In this document: positions 25,101 through 35,044 of the stretch, piece by piece
Numbering within the stretch: position 1 is the first letter of the stretch
Layout of the letters: each line of letters begins with the position of its first letter
Source: a virus
Lineage: Duplodnaviria > Caudoviricetes
DNA: 64,000 bases
Strand: one strand, 5' to 3'
Virus record (IMG/VR): IMGVR_UViG_3300025078_000002
Coordinates: 10,830 to 74,829 of that record
Translations under genes and position numbers: made by a program
Notes under the pieces: model-generated
Told to the model about the DNA's origin: nothing
Database searches by the model: none
The model's input: the letters and a program-made list of their open reading frames with translations, nothing else

Positions 25101-28087
25101 AGTTTAATGAAGAAAAGTTTAAAGCTGCTTATAGTCAATTAATATTATCTTCTTTTGATAAGTTAGTAGACATAAAGCAAGGCAGGATTACTGAAGGTTT
25201 GGGCGACTTGATGCGTAAAGCTGGTAGAGCTATTAAGTCAGGTTTGGCAAATGTCACAGCAATGGCACCAATATTGGCACCAGTTGCTACTGCTTGTTAT
25301 TATGCTTTACAGACTACTGTTGGTGCAACAATTTTTCCTTACATTATGGCCGGATTTGGTGCCTGGAACATATTCTCAGCTATTCGTGATGTGAAGAAGT
25401 TTGAAGAAGAAAAAGCAAAGTATAGAGATAATCCTCTTAAATACATTGAAGATTCTATCTTTAAAGACAAAAAAGCAAGAAAAACTATTGCTGATATTGT
25501 TAGTCATTTAACTGCAGATGTTGTTGCTTCTCGCATTAATCCTGCATATCAAGTTAAACGACAAAATTCAGGTGCAGGAATAGTTGCAGGAACTTCTGTT
25601 TGGTCAAAGAAACTTGATGAACAGTTAGAAGAATATAGCAAACTTTCAAAAGAAGACAAAGCGAAAGCTAAAATATTTAATGATAGAATGATTAATCAAG
25701 TCAAACAAACAAGATATGCAAAGCTTGGTGTTATTTCTGAAGGCGTTGTTAACGAAATATTCAACGAAGTAATGTTTGGTAGTAAAAGAATCAGCCCAGA
25801 AGTTAGGCAAAAATTGTTTGCAGACAATATTGCTGAAGATGAAGAAGCATTGCGACAGTTGGCAAAATCTTTACACACAGCTATCGCTTATTCTTCAGTT
25901 AAGAACAACTTTTTAAAATTTTTAGAGAACAGAATTAGAGACGCTTCAGCTAGCTTTAGTAAAGATAGTCAAAGATTTGCTGTTGAACTTAGAGATGATC
26001 AACTAGATAAGAATACAAAAGGAAGGCTTGGAGACGTAGATAAGTTTGAAGAGTATAGAAAGCCTTTTAGAGCGATACAAAGAAATCAACAATTATTTAT
26101 TTCTCCAGAACAAATTACTGAAGATTTTATTGGTAAGCTTCTTGTTGAGTTAACTGGGATGGAGCAGAAAGAATACAACTCTTTGCTCGCTAAAGCGCCT
26201 ACACAATTTAATGAAAACTATATTGGAGGTTCTCTAGCAAGATTATTATTTGAAGAAACTACTGCTGAAGAAGAAAACAAAGCAGATCAAGATAAGCTTG
26301 AAGACGAAAGAAGAGAAGCTAACAAGCAAAGCAATTTGACTATGCCTGAAGCTGCAGGTCTTGGCGGAATAAACTGGGCAGGCTCTTTATATCAAACATT
26401 TTATGTTGACACATTAATTAATGGATCTAAATCAATATTTAAGAGTGGATTTAAAGTAGGAACTAAAAAAGTTTCTTCAGTTAATGTTACAGACTCGTTC
26501 TGTAATACACCACTTGATGCAAATGCTTTGAACCAAATGGGATTTGATCCAGGTCATGCATTGATTCAAGGAGTTAATCCATATGGAGGAGATGTAGAAA
26601 GAATATTCTTTTACTACTTCGATGGTGCTGAAGGTGCTGATAAGCTTTCTGGAATATTAATAAAAGCAGATGGTTCTTGTCTAGAACTAGGTCATGGAAA
26701 AAGTCTTTTTGGTTGGTTTACAAAAAATGCAGCCTGGGCAAAGAAATTTGGTGTTGCAGTTGATGCCAAAAAAGGAACGGCTACAGCTATTGGAAGCGGC
26801 AAGTCTTTAGCAGCAAGTAGCGCTCAAATGAAAGCAGACATTGTAAGTATGAAGACTCACCTTATCGGTTCATACAAAGCACAAGTAACAGCTGCACAAA
26901 TGAAAACGACTTCTTACATGTTAGATCAAGAAATAGCTAAAGTAGCTGATTTGCTTGATAATCAAGGACACGTTACACCCGATACATTTTCAAATATTTA
27001 TAAATCTATTTATCGAGTCTGGAAACAACAATATGAAGCAGGTGGGCCTGATGCTATGCCAAATGAATATATCCCATCAGATCATATGCAATCTATATTA
27101 AATACATTTAATGAAAAAATAGACGCTATTGCAGCGAGTGGAGAAAAAGGATATGACGCTGTTAAAACAGCAATAGAAAATTTTGTTAATGATCCTAACA
27201 TTGCAGAAAAGATGAAAGCATTTGAAGCTGCAAAAGAAAATTGGCAATTAAACTTTGACACAGACTTTGACGTAGGTATAATCTCAGATCAAACTGAGGC
27301 AGCAGAGCAAGCTATGGAAGCAGCTAATAGTGCTTTATCAAAAGCAATAACTGCTAGCGCTGAAAAAAATGTTGCTAAGTTAAGTGTAAGTGAAATAAAA
27401 ACTTTAACAAAAATTGTAACCTTGAAAGCGACAGGTTCGACTGCACAAGCTGGATTTAATCCTATTTTGGATGTTTCTGTTCAGTCAGTTAATAAGACTG
27501 TTAGTTTTCTCCAGAAAATGAGTCCTATTAAAATAGGAGATACCTCAACATTAGAAAAAATTGCTACAATTGCTCTTAAGTCTGATGCAGCTGTTATTGC
27601 GGCGTCTAAAGTTATTGGGCCAGTTGGACTTTTAGGCAAAGTTTGCGCCAAGTTCTTTAAAAGAGGTATTAAAGGAGGTACTTTTGCAGAACAATTCTAC
27701 AAGGTATTTAAGCCTCAGCAGTTAGTCTACTCTGACATGTTATATGCAATTTGTGGTTTTGAAAGCCCAGGCAGATCAAAAGATGATGCTGTTGGTTCAA
27801 ACGGTGGAATGGAGTCAACAATTATGAATCCTGGAGATCAAAATCTTGAATTACCTACAATTAAGATAACAGACACGCCAGAAGAATTAAGTCGTGAATC
27901 TGTAACAGAATCTAAAGTTAAAGAAAACAGTTTGGTTTGTGCAACTGATTTAAGTAGCTATTTATTTGAGAATAAATTAGTTACAAAGTCTAGAAAAAGT
28001 TCTAAAATAAGTAACAATAACGTTTCTTACAGCGAAGAGATTAACGAACATAATGAACTTAAAGATTTATTTAAAAAATTATTTTAA
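22187..28087 (+). CDS. Giant acidic protein (1966 aa), putative virion internal/ejection protein
   Basis: Long ORF, leader, repeated L/I-x-E sites, central hydrophobic segment; function inferred only. Confidence 0.75.
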   Translation: MDSSKISLKEGFDFLFENEDKSKKYEIVWKKDSVEPKNIKDCVAYILTTDIVVTAIKNEDEPLILKLLRDPGISKDIDYAQGKTISFSILKNKVKSFNGFKTFYNINNDNVKNISVFNSIGQVYVQSVNKLVDSGATRMMLEAKQNVLKIDKARYLQMFRTFKSQNLIPKQKNQVKINFTKIFESISSRIENEGLLKTSSKEGKYEKDEKYTELSDHEKVYEASVYFFKKLSTDQKRGFGGKKKIEDFLNLLSSRKESSVADLVRQFKDSWNLTSKSVSKYIEKQFDEMINSILTSESKEEVKVNIEKIAEDLPEDDITLLSPSEFDELLGQDTDTQPEDKEYDISVLLDGLATLVKSFEQETVGCIKLAKVWLSAVKKEDWKDNLLPTLEKMVTKSLTLKLSYDSIKNVDNKLLRLIEDEGGEEEKGKIQKLSDRLERRNTEFKSATDEILKSLESLKDQDIEIDIKSSQIDQGLTTIYSLDNDEAAALKALGADIEDGADSSEAKDDLYKTFVPQGLDVRLDGDKLSPDAGPDTINREIGDTVNDRGDSPEEDAFAEKLGAADEEEIDASEIFQIQTELEEPSDEDNFMQSFGVITSFLYERYPGMQSEIESSLVGEKSITDLKVLLVTFSDRVNKEIVLQSTDSFDETADTNSIKILNKSIKNLSAFGEKNIDGIIFESAAAQKYKIKLSKEGFLKSVKVFIKNAKIFRYQKDIFEFPTSFILNFQYEKINSSTGNSVATGLKQFLTTTGDTTIKAQSTAENKLTLSSDTFPENLVVVDYDDLNTINLTLNDSNKTSIDDTQIDGYTLVKFLDQVKMETPTVIQDISDKMDTLKAASVDELSKDIANKDLDEDTAKEAVSQIVEPEQDLDQKKVESVNSIQELLDDKVIKKMSDTLYRDGSELINVISSTSALDFAAMKSGDEQATINFKSSLAVQLNPNINLLKPMINDIFKGELTPVFDSLFLGREKFNEEKFKAAYSQLILSSFDKLVDIKQGRITEGLGDLMRKAGRAIKSGLANVTAMAPILAPVATACYYALQTTVGATIFPYIMAGFGAWNIFSAIRDVKKFEEEKAKYRDNPLKYIEDSIFKDKKARKTIADIVSHLTADVVASRINPAYQVKRQNSGAGIVAGTSVWSKKLDEQLEEYSKLSKEDKAKAKIFNDRMINQVKQTRYAKLGVISEGVVNEIFNEVMFGSKRISPEVRQKLFADNIAEDEEALRQLAKSLHTAIAYSSVKNNFLKFLENRIRDASASFSKDSQRFAVELRDDQLDKNTKGRLGDVDKFEEYRKPFRAIQRNQQLFISPEQITEDFIGKLLVELTGMEQKEYNSLLAKAPTQFNENYIGGSLARLLFEETTAEEENKADQDKLEDERREANKQSNLTMPEAAGLGGINWAGSLYQTFYVDTLINGSKSIFKSGFKVGTKKVSSVNVTDSFCNTPLDANALNQMGFDPGHALIQGVNPYGGDVERIFFYYFDGAEGADKLSGILIKADGSCLELGHGKSLFGWFTKNAAWAKKFGVAVDAKKGTATAIGSGKSLAASSAQMKADIVSMKTHLIGSYKAQVTAAQMKTTSYMLDQEIAKVADLLDNQGHVTPDTFSNIYKSIYRVWKQQYEAGGPDAMPNEYIPSDHMQSILNTFNEKIDAIAASGEKGYDAVKTAIENFVNDPNIAEKMKAFEAAKENWQLNFDTDFDVGIISDQTEAAEQAMEAANSALSKAITASAEKNVAKLSVSEIKTLTKIVTLKATGSTAQAGFNPILDVSVQSVNKTVSFLQKMSPIKIGDTSTLEKIATIALKSDAAVIAASKVIGPVGLLGKVCAKFFKRGIKGGTFAEQFYKVFKPQQLVYSDMLYAICGFESPGRSKDDAVGSNGGMESTIMNPGDQNLELPTIKITDTPEELSRESVTESKVKENSLVCATDLSSYLFENKLVTKSRKSSKISNNNVSYSEEINEHNELKDLFKKLF

Positions 28088-28101
28088 TTAAGCGAAAAAA
28101 A

Positions 28102-28527
28102 ATGAACAAAAAACAACTTATAAATTTATTAAAAGAAGAATATGACAAGCGTTTAGACGATTTTTCTAATTTGGAAGAAGTTACTGTTGAGTATGAAGGT
28201 CACGTGATTTTGGGTGCAGAATTAAAGCTCAAGTCTGTTAATGGTGATTTATATACAGTAGTTGATGGTGAAGTTATTCTTAATGATGCAGGCAAAAAAT
28301 GTTTAAAGCTAAAAAGAGAGCAGGATAATGTTTTAAAAAGTGAAAACGTTAATGAGTCTGAGGAAAATCCTAGAACCGGCGCTGCTATACATAAGAGGAC
28401 TAATAAAGACAAAGTTTCTGTTAAGATAGATGTTGATTCATCTATAGATACTTTAGAAGATACTGAGTTAGGTGATGGAATATTCTTAGTTCCGTTTGAA
28501 GACCTTAAGACAATGTTTACACTTTAA
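28102..28527 (+). CDS. Leader-bearing hypothetical protein
   Basis: MNKKQLINLLKEE. Confidence 0.7.
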   Translation: MNKKQLINLLKEEYDKRLDDFSNLEEVTVEYEGHVILGAELKLKSVNGDLYTVVDGEVILNDAGKKCLKLKREQDNVLKSENVNESEENPRTGAAIHKRTNKDKVSVKIDVDSSIDTLEDTELGDGIFLVPFEDLKTMFTL

Positions 28528-28539
28528 AGGAAGTATAGA

Positions 28540-29232
28540 ATGAGTGATATTAAAAAATTGATAAATGAAGCTATTGATGAAGCGTTGAATAGTAGTGATA
28601 GTAATAAAGAAGTAATTAGCGAAGCTTACGTAACTCAAGCTGTCAAGTTTAATTTAAATACAGAATTGTTATCTTCAAAAACGAAAGCAGAGCATCAAAA
28701 ATTATTAGAGGGTTATTCTAAAAAACTTAATGAGATCTCAGCAAAGTTAGATGGGTGTGATAAGAGTGGAGCAAATCTAAATCATTCAGAGTTTAGAAGT
28801 CTAAAGGTTGATGAGGCGTATAATCATAATGCAGCATTTTTGCACGGTCTTTATTTTGAAAACATAAGTGATTTAAACAGTCAAATCAATATGAACTCTT
28901 TGTCTTATATGAAGATTACTAGAGACTTCGGCACATTTGATGCTTGGCAAGAAGACTTCGTCGCGTGTTGTCTCTCAGCTAGGAATGGATGGGCAGTAAC
29001 GTTTTATAATCCATATTTGAAAAGATATATTAACACAGTTATAGATTTACACAGCAGTAACGTAATGATTGGTATGATACCTGTGATTGTTATTGATTGT
29101 TGGGAGCATAGTTACTATAGAGATTATATGACAAATAGAAAAGCTTACGTCTTCGGTATGATGAAAGAGCTTGACTGGAATGTTATTGAAGATCGCATTA
29201 AAAAGTCAGAAAAACTAAGCAAGATTTTGTAA
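28540..29232 (+). CDS. Fe/Mn superoxide dismutase-family protein with N-terminal leader
   Basis: EHQKLLEGY, FLHGLYFEN, DFGTFDAW, NGWA, DCWEHSYYRDY. Confidence 0.85.
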   Translation: MSDIKKLINEAIDEALNSSDSNKEVISEAYVTQAVKFNLNTELLSSKTKAEHQKLLEGYSKKLNEISAKLDGCDKSGANLNHSEFRSLKVDEAYNHNAAFLHGLYFENISDLNSQINMNSLSYMKITRDFGTFDAWQEDFVACCLSARNGWAVTFYNPYLKRYINTVIDLHSSNVMIGMIPVIVIDCWEHSYYRDYMTNRKAYVFGMMKELDWNVIEDRIKKSEKLSKIL

Positions 29233-29242
29233 AGGAAGTATT

Positions 29243-30061
29243 ATGAGTAGAGCTTACGGCAAAAAAATATATGATGTCTTAAAGGAAAACAAGCTAAAGA
29301 GTCTTGATATTCTTCTTGAACAAGACGAAGAAGAAGATGAAGTGAAAAGTAGTGATGCGTCTGATGACAGTGATGCGTCTGATGATAGCGAGAAAATTGA
29401 TAGTGTTATTGACGATGCGCTAGGCGATGAACCGTCTAAAGATTCTGAATCGTCAAGTGATGAAGAAGATAATCAGGATGCCGGTGAAGATGATGTAGCT
29501 GAGTTAACTAAGGCAGAACTCGACCAGCGTGTAAAAGAAATTGAAAACCTCACTGACTTTATTCTAAATAATACTACTAACCCTGAACAAGATATTGAAA
29601 ATAAAATGCAGCTTGGGTTTGCTCAAGCTTCGGGAATTGGCGAAATAACAGCAGAAACTACAAATATTGTAAATTCATTTAAAACTCTGTTTACAGAAGA
29701 TGCTGAAGGTTTGAGTAAACTTACAAAATCAATGGACAATTTAGACACAGCACTAAAAAATAGTTCAGAAACGCTATCTGTTATTGAAAAAGGTGTGAAT
29801 ATAAATATGGATGAGTATGTTGATTTTGCAATTAATCAATATCAAAACTTTGATAGCTTATTTCCGAAATGGGAAATTGTTAAAAAAGCAGCGTTAAATG
29901 TTATTGCATCTAAGAGTGGAAAAAATGCAAAAACAAATATGGCTGAATTTGAAAAACTTTATTCAGAAAAGCTAAGTAAACTGTATGATATTGAAAGTGA
30001 GTCACATCATATTTCGTCTAATAAGTCATATGTTGCAGCAGGTGCTTTAAAACAAGGCTAA
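29243..30061 (+). CDS. Acidic hypothetical protein with leader
   Basis: LDILLEQ followed by a D/E/S-rich tract. Confidence 0.7.
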   Translation: MSRAYGKKIYDVLKENKLKSLDILLEQDEEEDEVKSSDASDDSDASDDSEKIDSVIDDALGDEPSKDSESSSDEEDNQDAGEDDVAELTKAELDQRVKEIENLTDFILNNTTNPEQDIENKMQLGFAQASGIGEITAETTNIVNSFKTLFTEDAEGLSKLTKSMDNLDTALKNSSETLSVIEKGVNINMDEYVDFAINQYQNFDSLFPKWEIVKKAALNVIASKSGKNAKTNMAEFEKLYSEKLSKLYDIESESHHISSNKSYVAAGALKQG

Positions 30062-30067
30062 GATACT

Positions 30068-30370
30068 ATGAGTAATCAATCGTCACAAATTAATAAACAA
30101 ATCAAGAAAATAATCAATAATAAAACTGTGCATATAGAATTGCCAGGAGAAGTTCATAAGAGATTAAGAGCGCAGTTATTTGTTAATGAAATTTCGATGC
30201 AACAATTTTTTAAACTGGTATCAGAGAAGATTGTTGAAGGTGACAATTATCTTTTAAGTCTAGTTGAAGATCGTGTTAATCTAATAAAAGAAAATAAAAT
30301 TAATAAATTAAAAGAGATTAATCCGAAAGATTTATATGATGTTATTGAAAAAAATTCACCACTTAGTTAA
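30068..30370 (+). CDS. Possible ribbon-helix-helix DNA-binding protein
   Basis: TVHIELPGEVHKRLR...ISMQQFF pattern. Confidence 0.5.
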   Translation: MSNQSSQINKQIKKIINNKTVHIELPGEVHKRLRAQLFVNEISMQQFFKLVSEKIVEGDNYLLSLVEDRVNLIKENKINKLKEINPKDLYDVIEKNSPLS

Positions 30371-30656
30371 TAATAATATTAACGAAACAATTAAATTTAT
30401 TAAAGATATAAAAGAAATAAAAAATAAAATCAAGTCTCTAGAAGAAGAAATAAAAGAAAAAGACGATCAGATATTAGAACTTGAAAAAAACAGTATAAAA
30501 AATACTAAAAATATAAATGTTTTATCTAATGATATTATTATATTATCAAATTTTGCTAAAGAATTGTGGGTTTTATGGGAAGATTTAGATTTAGACGAAT
30601 TTGATCTTTTTGATTTAAAGGTAAAGAAAGAAAAGAAAAAGAATAATTATCATTAA
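30336..30656 (+). CDS. Coiled-coil hypothetical protein
   Basis: Heptad-like K/E-rich run; start uncertain. Confidence 0.5.
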   Translation: MMLLKKIHHLVNNNINETIKFIKDIKEIKNKIKSLEEEIKEKDDQILELEKNSIKNTKNINVLSNDIIILSNFAKELWVLWEDLDLDEFDLFDLKVKKEKKKNNYH

Positions 30657-30678
30657 ATAGCATACAGGATTTTTATTT

Positions 30679-31050
30679 ATGAAAATTAACAAAAAAGTTA
30701 AAGACAAAATTCAAGAACTTTTATTTGAGTTTCGTTTAGGCACAGAAGATATGGCTCCGGGTAATCATATAAAATACGGTATGTACGACAGACCTGGTCC
30801 AGATACTCCTGGAAGTGCTGAAATGACTGGTTTTTCTAAAGAGTCTGAAGTGGATATAATTAAACCTAGCGAAATAAGTCCTGTACAGTTGCATTCAGTC
30901 AAACAAAATATTGACAAGATACCTGGTAATGTGATTGAGTTAAAAAATACAATAAACCATATTTTGTCTAAAATAGGTAATAATGAAATGTCACAGGCAG
31001 ATATAGTCAAAATATACGATACACTTTTAGACGTAGTTGGTGAGGATTAA
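30679..31050 (+). CDS. Leader-bearing hypothetical protein
   Basis: KIQELLFEF; GMYDRPGP. Confidence 0.7.
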   Translation: MKINKKVKDKIQELLFEFRLGTEDMAPGNHIKYGMYDRPGPDTPGSAEMTGFSKESEVDIIKPSEISPVQLHSVKQNIDKIPGNVIELKNTINHILSKIGNNEMSQADIVKIYDTLLDVVGED

Positions 31051-31055
31051 AAAGA

Positions 31056-34000
31056 ATGAAATTAAAAGAAAAATCTTATAATGTTAAAAAATTATTAGAA
31101 TATAAAAGCAATAGTTATAAAAGGAAGTACTTTATACTTTCTAATTTGTTCGATACTGACGTTTCAAACTCTGAACGTTTGAACGAGGAGCTAGATTGTT
31201 ATGTAAATTCTTTAAACTATTCAAATGGCACTTATCCTGATGAAACTGATTTGCTTAACTTCTTCAAGGAATGTCTACAATTCTCTAACAACAAAGACAG
31301 TCTAGTAGAGTCAAAAATTAAATTTATTAAAAAGTACAATGATTTAAGAAATCCTTCTAATAAAAAAGACATTGATTCTTTAATAAATGAATCTCTTGAT
31401 AATATTAATTTTTCTAATAAAAGTATTGATAAAAAACTTTGTAATTTATTAAAAGAAAGTATTAAACATAAAAAGTCTATTCTTATTGAGTCTGAATATG
31501 CGTCGAAGTTTATAGGCGAAAACGAAGAAGAAATGCCGTCAGATGAAGATTTGCAGAGTATTGAGCTTAAAGACTTAGAAGATGAGACGCAAGATCAAGA
31601 CGAAGCAACAGATGAAAACAAGGCAGCAGCCTTTAAAGAAAAAATAATCAACATATTTGGACCAATCACAGGTGGGCTTGATCCTGCAAAAATGAACAAA
31701 CAAAAAATGGCTAGAATATGGAATTTTGGTAGTCAAGAAATGTATAAGCCGGGGCAAAAAGGTCCTGTAAGGGATGCATTTACAGAATTCGAATTTTTCG
31801 TTGGAAAGAAACTTGATACGTTTACAAGATTCGAAGACAGCGGTTTATCGACTTTAGCGCAACGTAAAGTTTGGATAGCAACAACTATTGATTTTTGTTT
31901 AAAGATGCAGAAACAAGCAGGATATCTTTTAGGGGTTTCTAGTGAAGAAAAAGCGAGGTTGTCAAAGGGACTAGATTCGTCAGCCAAAAGCGACATAAAG
32001 AAAGCTTTACAAAGCCAAACAGGAAGTCAAGGTTTTGGAAAGTCCCTCTCAGATGAGGAAATACGAAGTGTATATAACGACTTACACGAATATCTTGTTA
32101 GAGGAAACTATGATCCAGAGAGTTCAACAATAACTGAAAAGGGGTTGTTTAAGATTTTAGCAAGAGCTTCAGCAGGAAGAAGTGACAGTATTTCTGACTT
32201 TAAGCGAACGCTAGAGTTTATGTACCCATTATCAGACACAAGAGCAGAATTTGATAAAGTTGAAAAGATGAGTGCTGAAGAGCTTCAAAAGTTAAGACAA
32301 CAAAATATTGAATTTGATAAAAGATTTGAAGATGACGATGACGTTGAGTTAGATATAGAAGAAAAAATAGAAGTCGATATTATTGATGTTGACAAGGTAA
32401 CAAGCGTTAACAATTCCCCAGAAACTATGACAGCTAGCGATGCTGTGGAATTTTTCAAAGAAGTCGCTGAAGATATGAAAAGGTTAAAGTCCTTGATTGA
32501 AAAGTCAACAGGAAAAGCTAACCCTGATATATTTAGCGAATTCCAGACAGATTCAAAAGGCAACATACTGCCTGATATTAAACAAATACCTGACGTTATA
32601 CCTGCAGAAGATCTCACTGATTCTGAAGTAAAAGAAATAGAAGATATTCTTATTAAACTTGATAAAAAAGAAAGAATAACTATTCTTAATTACGACAAAA
32701 GAGGTGATGTATATAATGATTTAATAGACAAATCAGTATCAGTTGATGAATATCTTTCATATATGAAAAGCTTCAAGCTGGATTCTGTTGATGAGCCTAT
32801 GAAGTGGAGAGATATTTCAAGATCTTCTTACGGAAAGTTTAGAGACACAGCAGGTGCTAGACAATATGGAGTTAAAGCGTGGATGAAAGAACTATTCTAT
32901 TCTAGCAACTCAGATGAAAAAGCAAATATTTATGCTAATCTTGCAGAGCGATGGTTTGAAAGATTAATAGTTCTTGATCTTGTAGATGACAAATCTTTTA
33001 CAAGGATGACTAGCAAAACAGGAAATAATAAGGATGAAAAGATAATTCCTTATAATGTACTGAAAGATTTGGAAGATAAAGGTAAGTATAAACGTTCTAA
33101 CAAATTAAAAGACGTGTCAGATATGCTTGAAATTGTAAATGCATATACAACTAATCCTAAGTATGTCAAGAGGTATTTTGATTATAATAGAGACGATAAT
33201 CTTGAACTCGCTGTTAACGAAAAGTTGCAGAGTATTAGGAACTATGCTTCTTCAGAAGATGAGTATGATGTATTATTAAAGAAGTTAGAACTAGAGGATA
33301 AAGACACAGCAGCATATGCTATTTTAGATTCAATGTTTAATGGTAACTCTGGGTTTAGAATATTTGCAACAGGTTTACTAAAAGAATATTATTCGCAAAA
33401 CATTTGGCCTGTTATTGAAATTAACTTGGCACAAGCTATCAAAAAGTATTTTGATAAAAACTATGGTAAGGGAATGATTGCCGCAAGCCTTCCAGCTGGC
33501 GAGGGTGCTGATAGTGTTAAGCAAGAAGAAGGGAAAGTTCTATTTAACAAGATAATTTATCTTGTAATGGAAAGAACTGGTATTAAATCAACTGGAACTG
33601 GCGTGCCTATAGTAGGCGGCAGTAGAGAGCAACAAAGACAATTCTTTTTAGGGAAATCTGATCCAAGAGGAGACTTTGCTTCAGCAGTTAATAAGTACAA
33701 AGCCAAGCATAGTTCAAACATTCAAGGTGTAAACAGTCCTATGTTTGGAGTAGACGACGTTAATATGTTGTTAGATGATATGTTTAGTAACACAGGTATT
33801 ATTGGCGAAGAGTATTTTAAGCTTAAAAAGTTATCAAGCGTGACTTCAAACGAAATTATCTCTTGGGTATTAAGTTATCCAGAGGCAAAGCTTGACCAGG
33901 CAATTATTTTAGGAATGAGTTTGAGTGATTTCTACAAAAGGTCAGAAACAGATCCTATGATAACTGATGTTATTGAAGAAATAGGTAAAGACACCAAAAA

Positions 34001-34145
34001 AGCTTTAGCTGATTATAAAAAGAAATTTGGAAGTTTACTAGCAAAAGGAACAGACTTAGCTGATTATTTAGATGATTTTGGCTTCGACCCTGTTGATTTG
34101 AATTCAAAAGGTGCAAGTAGCCCCGGTGGAAAGAGTTTCCAATAA
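31056..34145 (+). CDS. Large hypothetical protein (1029 aa)
   Basis: Long ORF with several LxES/LINES sites in the first 150 aa. Confidence 0.75.
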   Translation: MKLKEKSYNVKKLLEYKSNSYKRKYFILSNLFDTDVSNSERLNEELDCYVNSLNYSNGTYPDETDLLNFFKECLQFSNNKDSLVESKIKFIKKYNDLRNPSNKKDIDSLINESLDNINFSNKSIDKKLCNLLKESIKHKKSILIESEYASKFIGENEEEMPSDEDLQSIELKDLEDETQDQDEATDENKAAAFKEKIINIFGPITGGLDPAKMNKQKMARIWNFGSQEMYKPGQKGPVRDAFTEFEFFVGKKLDTFTRFEDSGLSTLAQRKVWIATTIDFCLKMQKQAGYLLGVSSEEKARLSKGLDSSAKSDIKKALQSQTGSQGFGKSLSDEEIRSVYNDLHEYLVRGNYDPESSTITEKGLFKILARASAGRSDSISDFKRTLEFMYPLSDTRAEFDKVEKMSAEELQKLRQQNIEFDKRFEDDDDVELDIEEKIEVDIIDVDKVTSVNNSPETMTASDAVEFFKEVAEDMKRLKSLIEKSTGKANPDIFSEFQTDSKGNILPDIKQIPDVIPAEDLTDSEVKEIEDILIKLDKKERITILNYDKRGDVYNDLIDKSVSVDEYLSYMKSFKLDSVDEPMKWRDISRSSYGKFRDTAGARQYGVKAWMKELFYSSNSDEKANIYANLAERWFERLIVLDLVDDKSFTRMTSKTGNNKDEKIIPYNVLKDLEDKGKYKRSNKLKDVSDMLEIVNAYTTNPKYVKRYFDYNRDDNLELAVNEKLQSIRNYASSEDEYDVLLKKLELEDKDTAAYAILDSMFNGNSGFRIFATGLLKEYYSQNIWPVIEINLAQAIKKYFDKNYGKGMIAASLPAGEGADSVKQEEGKVLFNKIIYLVMERTGIKSTGTGVPIVGGSREQQRQFFLGKSDPRGDFASAVNKYKAKHSSNIQGVNSPMFGVDDVNMLLDDMFSNTGIIGEEYFKLKKLSSVTSNEIISWVLSYPEAKLDQAIILGMSLSDFYKRSETDPMITDVIEEIGKDTKKALADYKKKFGSLLAKGTDLADYLDDFGFDPVDLNSKGASSPGGKSFQ

Positions 34146-34154
34146 GGATATAAA

Positions 34155-34511
34155 ATGTATTTACAGAATATTATGTCAAATTACTTAAATGAGAATACAA
34201 ATAAGTTTGAGGTAGAAGATGCCTTTAAGCCTATAAAAAATGTCAAAAAAGATACGTGGGAAAGTGTTGACAACAATTTAAAGAAAGTTTATAAATTTGA
34301 AAAAACAAAACATCTAGAACAATTTGTTGTTCAATTAATAAAATATAACAGGGAGACATCTGCTGAAATTGAAATCAGATTTAGAAAAAATACTGTTGGA
34401 GTTATATTACATTCTTTGTCTGGGCAAGTTTCTGAAATAGAGTTAGAAGCTTCTAAGGATATTGATAAAATTAAAAAAGATGTAATGTATTATTATGCAG
34501 ACAAAGAATAA
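34155..34511 (+). CDS. Degenerate pterin-4a-carbinolamine dehydratase-like protein
   Basis: W...LKKVYKF...FV...V.V.LHS..G.VSEIELEA..ID; lacks HHP. Confidence 0.5.
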   Translation: MYLQNIMSNYLNENTNKFEVEDAFKPIKNVKKDTWESVDNNLKKVYKFEKTKHLEQFVVQLIKYNRETSAEIEIRFRKNTVGVILHSLSGQVSEIELEASKDIDKIKKDVMYYYADKE

Positions 34512-34884
34512 ATTAGATACTGAGCTAGAAAAAAACAAAAACAATATTTTCATGAGTGAAAGTATCAAAGGTATTGTAAATCTTGATAAAGACATTGTGT
34601 CAAAAAATAATTCTCTAACTATTTCATTTTCTGATATTTGTTGTTATCCTGTTTTGTCTTACAAGAAAGCAGATGACAAGTTTACTATATATACTCAGAT
34701 AGATGGAAAATGTTTAAACAGCGTTATTCTGGAGACATTTAAAACAATAACACTTAATATAGAAGGAATAGAAGTAAAATCATTTGCTTTAGAAAACTAT
34801 TTGTTAACCTACAAAATTATTTATAACGAAAATAATAGTTATTTATTAAAGATAAAAGTACGGAGAAAAGATAATGGAATTTGA
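34495..34884 (+). CDS. Hypothetical protein
   Basis: 129-aa ORF in operon. Confidence 0.55.
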   Translation: MQTKNKLDTELEKNKNNIFMSESIKGIVNLDKDIVSKNNSLTISFSDICCYPVLSYKKADDKFTIYTQIDGKCLNSVILETFKTITLNIEGIEVKSFALENYLLTYKIIYNENNSYLLKIKVRRKDNGI

Positions 34885-35044
34885 ATTTGACAAGTTTGTA
34901 ACAGACTTAAACAAAAGACAGGTAGAAAATAAAGAGCGTCATCAAATAGATCAGAGTATAAAAGAAGAAGATGAAAGAAGAAGACTTCGCAATGTTCAGT
35001 ACAATGAGAGATGGCAAAATAGAATTGTTTGGGGTCAAAAATAA
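34874..35044 (+). CDS. Small hypothetical protein (56 aa, not in the ORF track)
   Basis: MEFEFDKFVTDL...RIVWGQK*; GGAG SD; TAATG overlap with the next gene. Confidence 0.6.
   Translation: MEFEFDKFVTDLNKRQVENKERHQIDQSIKEEDERRRLRNVQYNERWQNRIVWGQK

Noticed and set aside
29351-29385. 18-bp tandem repeat (SDASDD x2)
   Set aside because: In-frame slippage in an acidic low-complexity linker; no sign of a separate function
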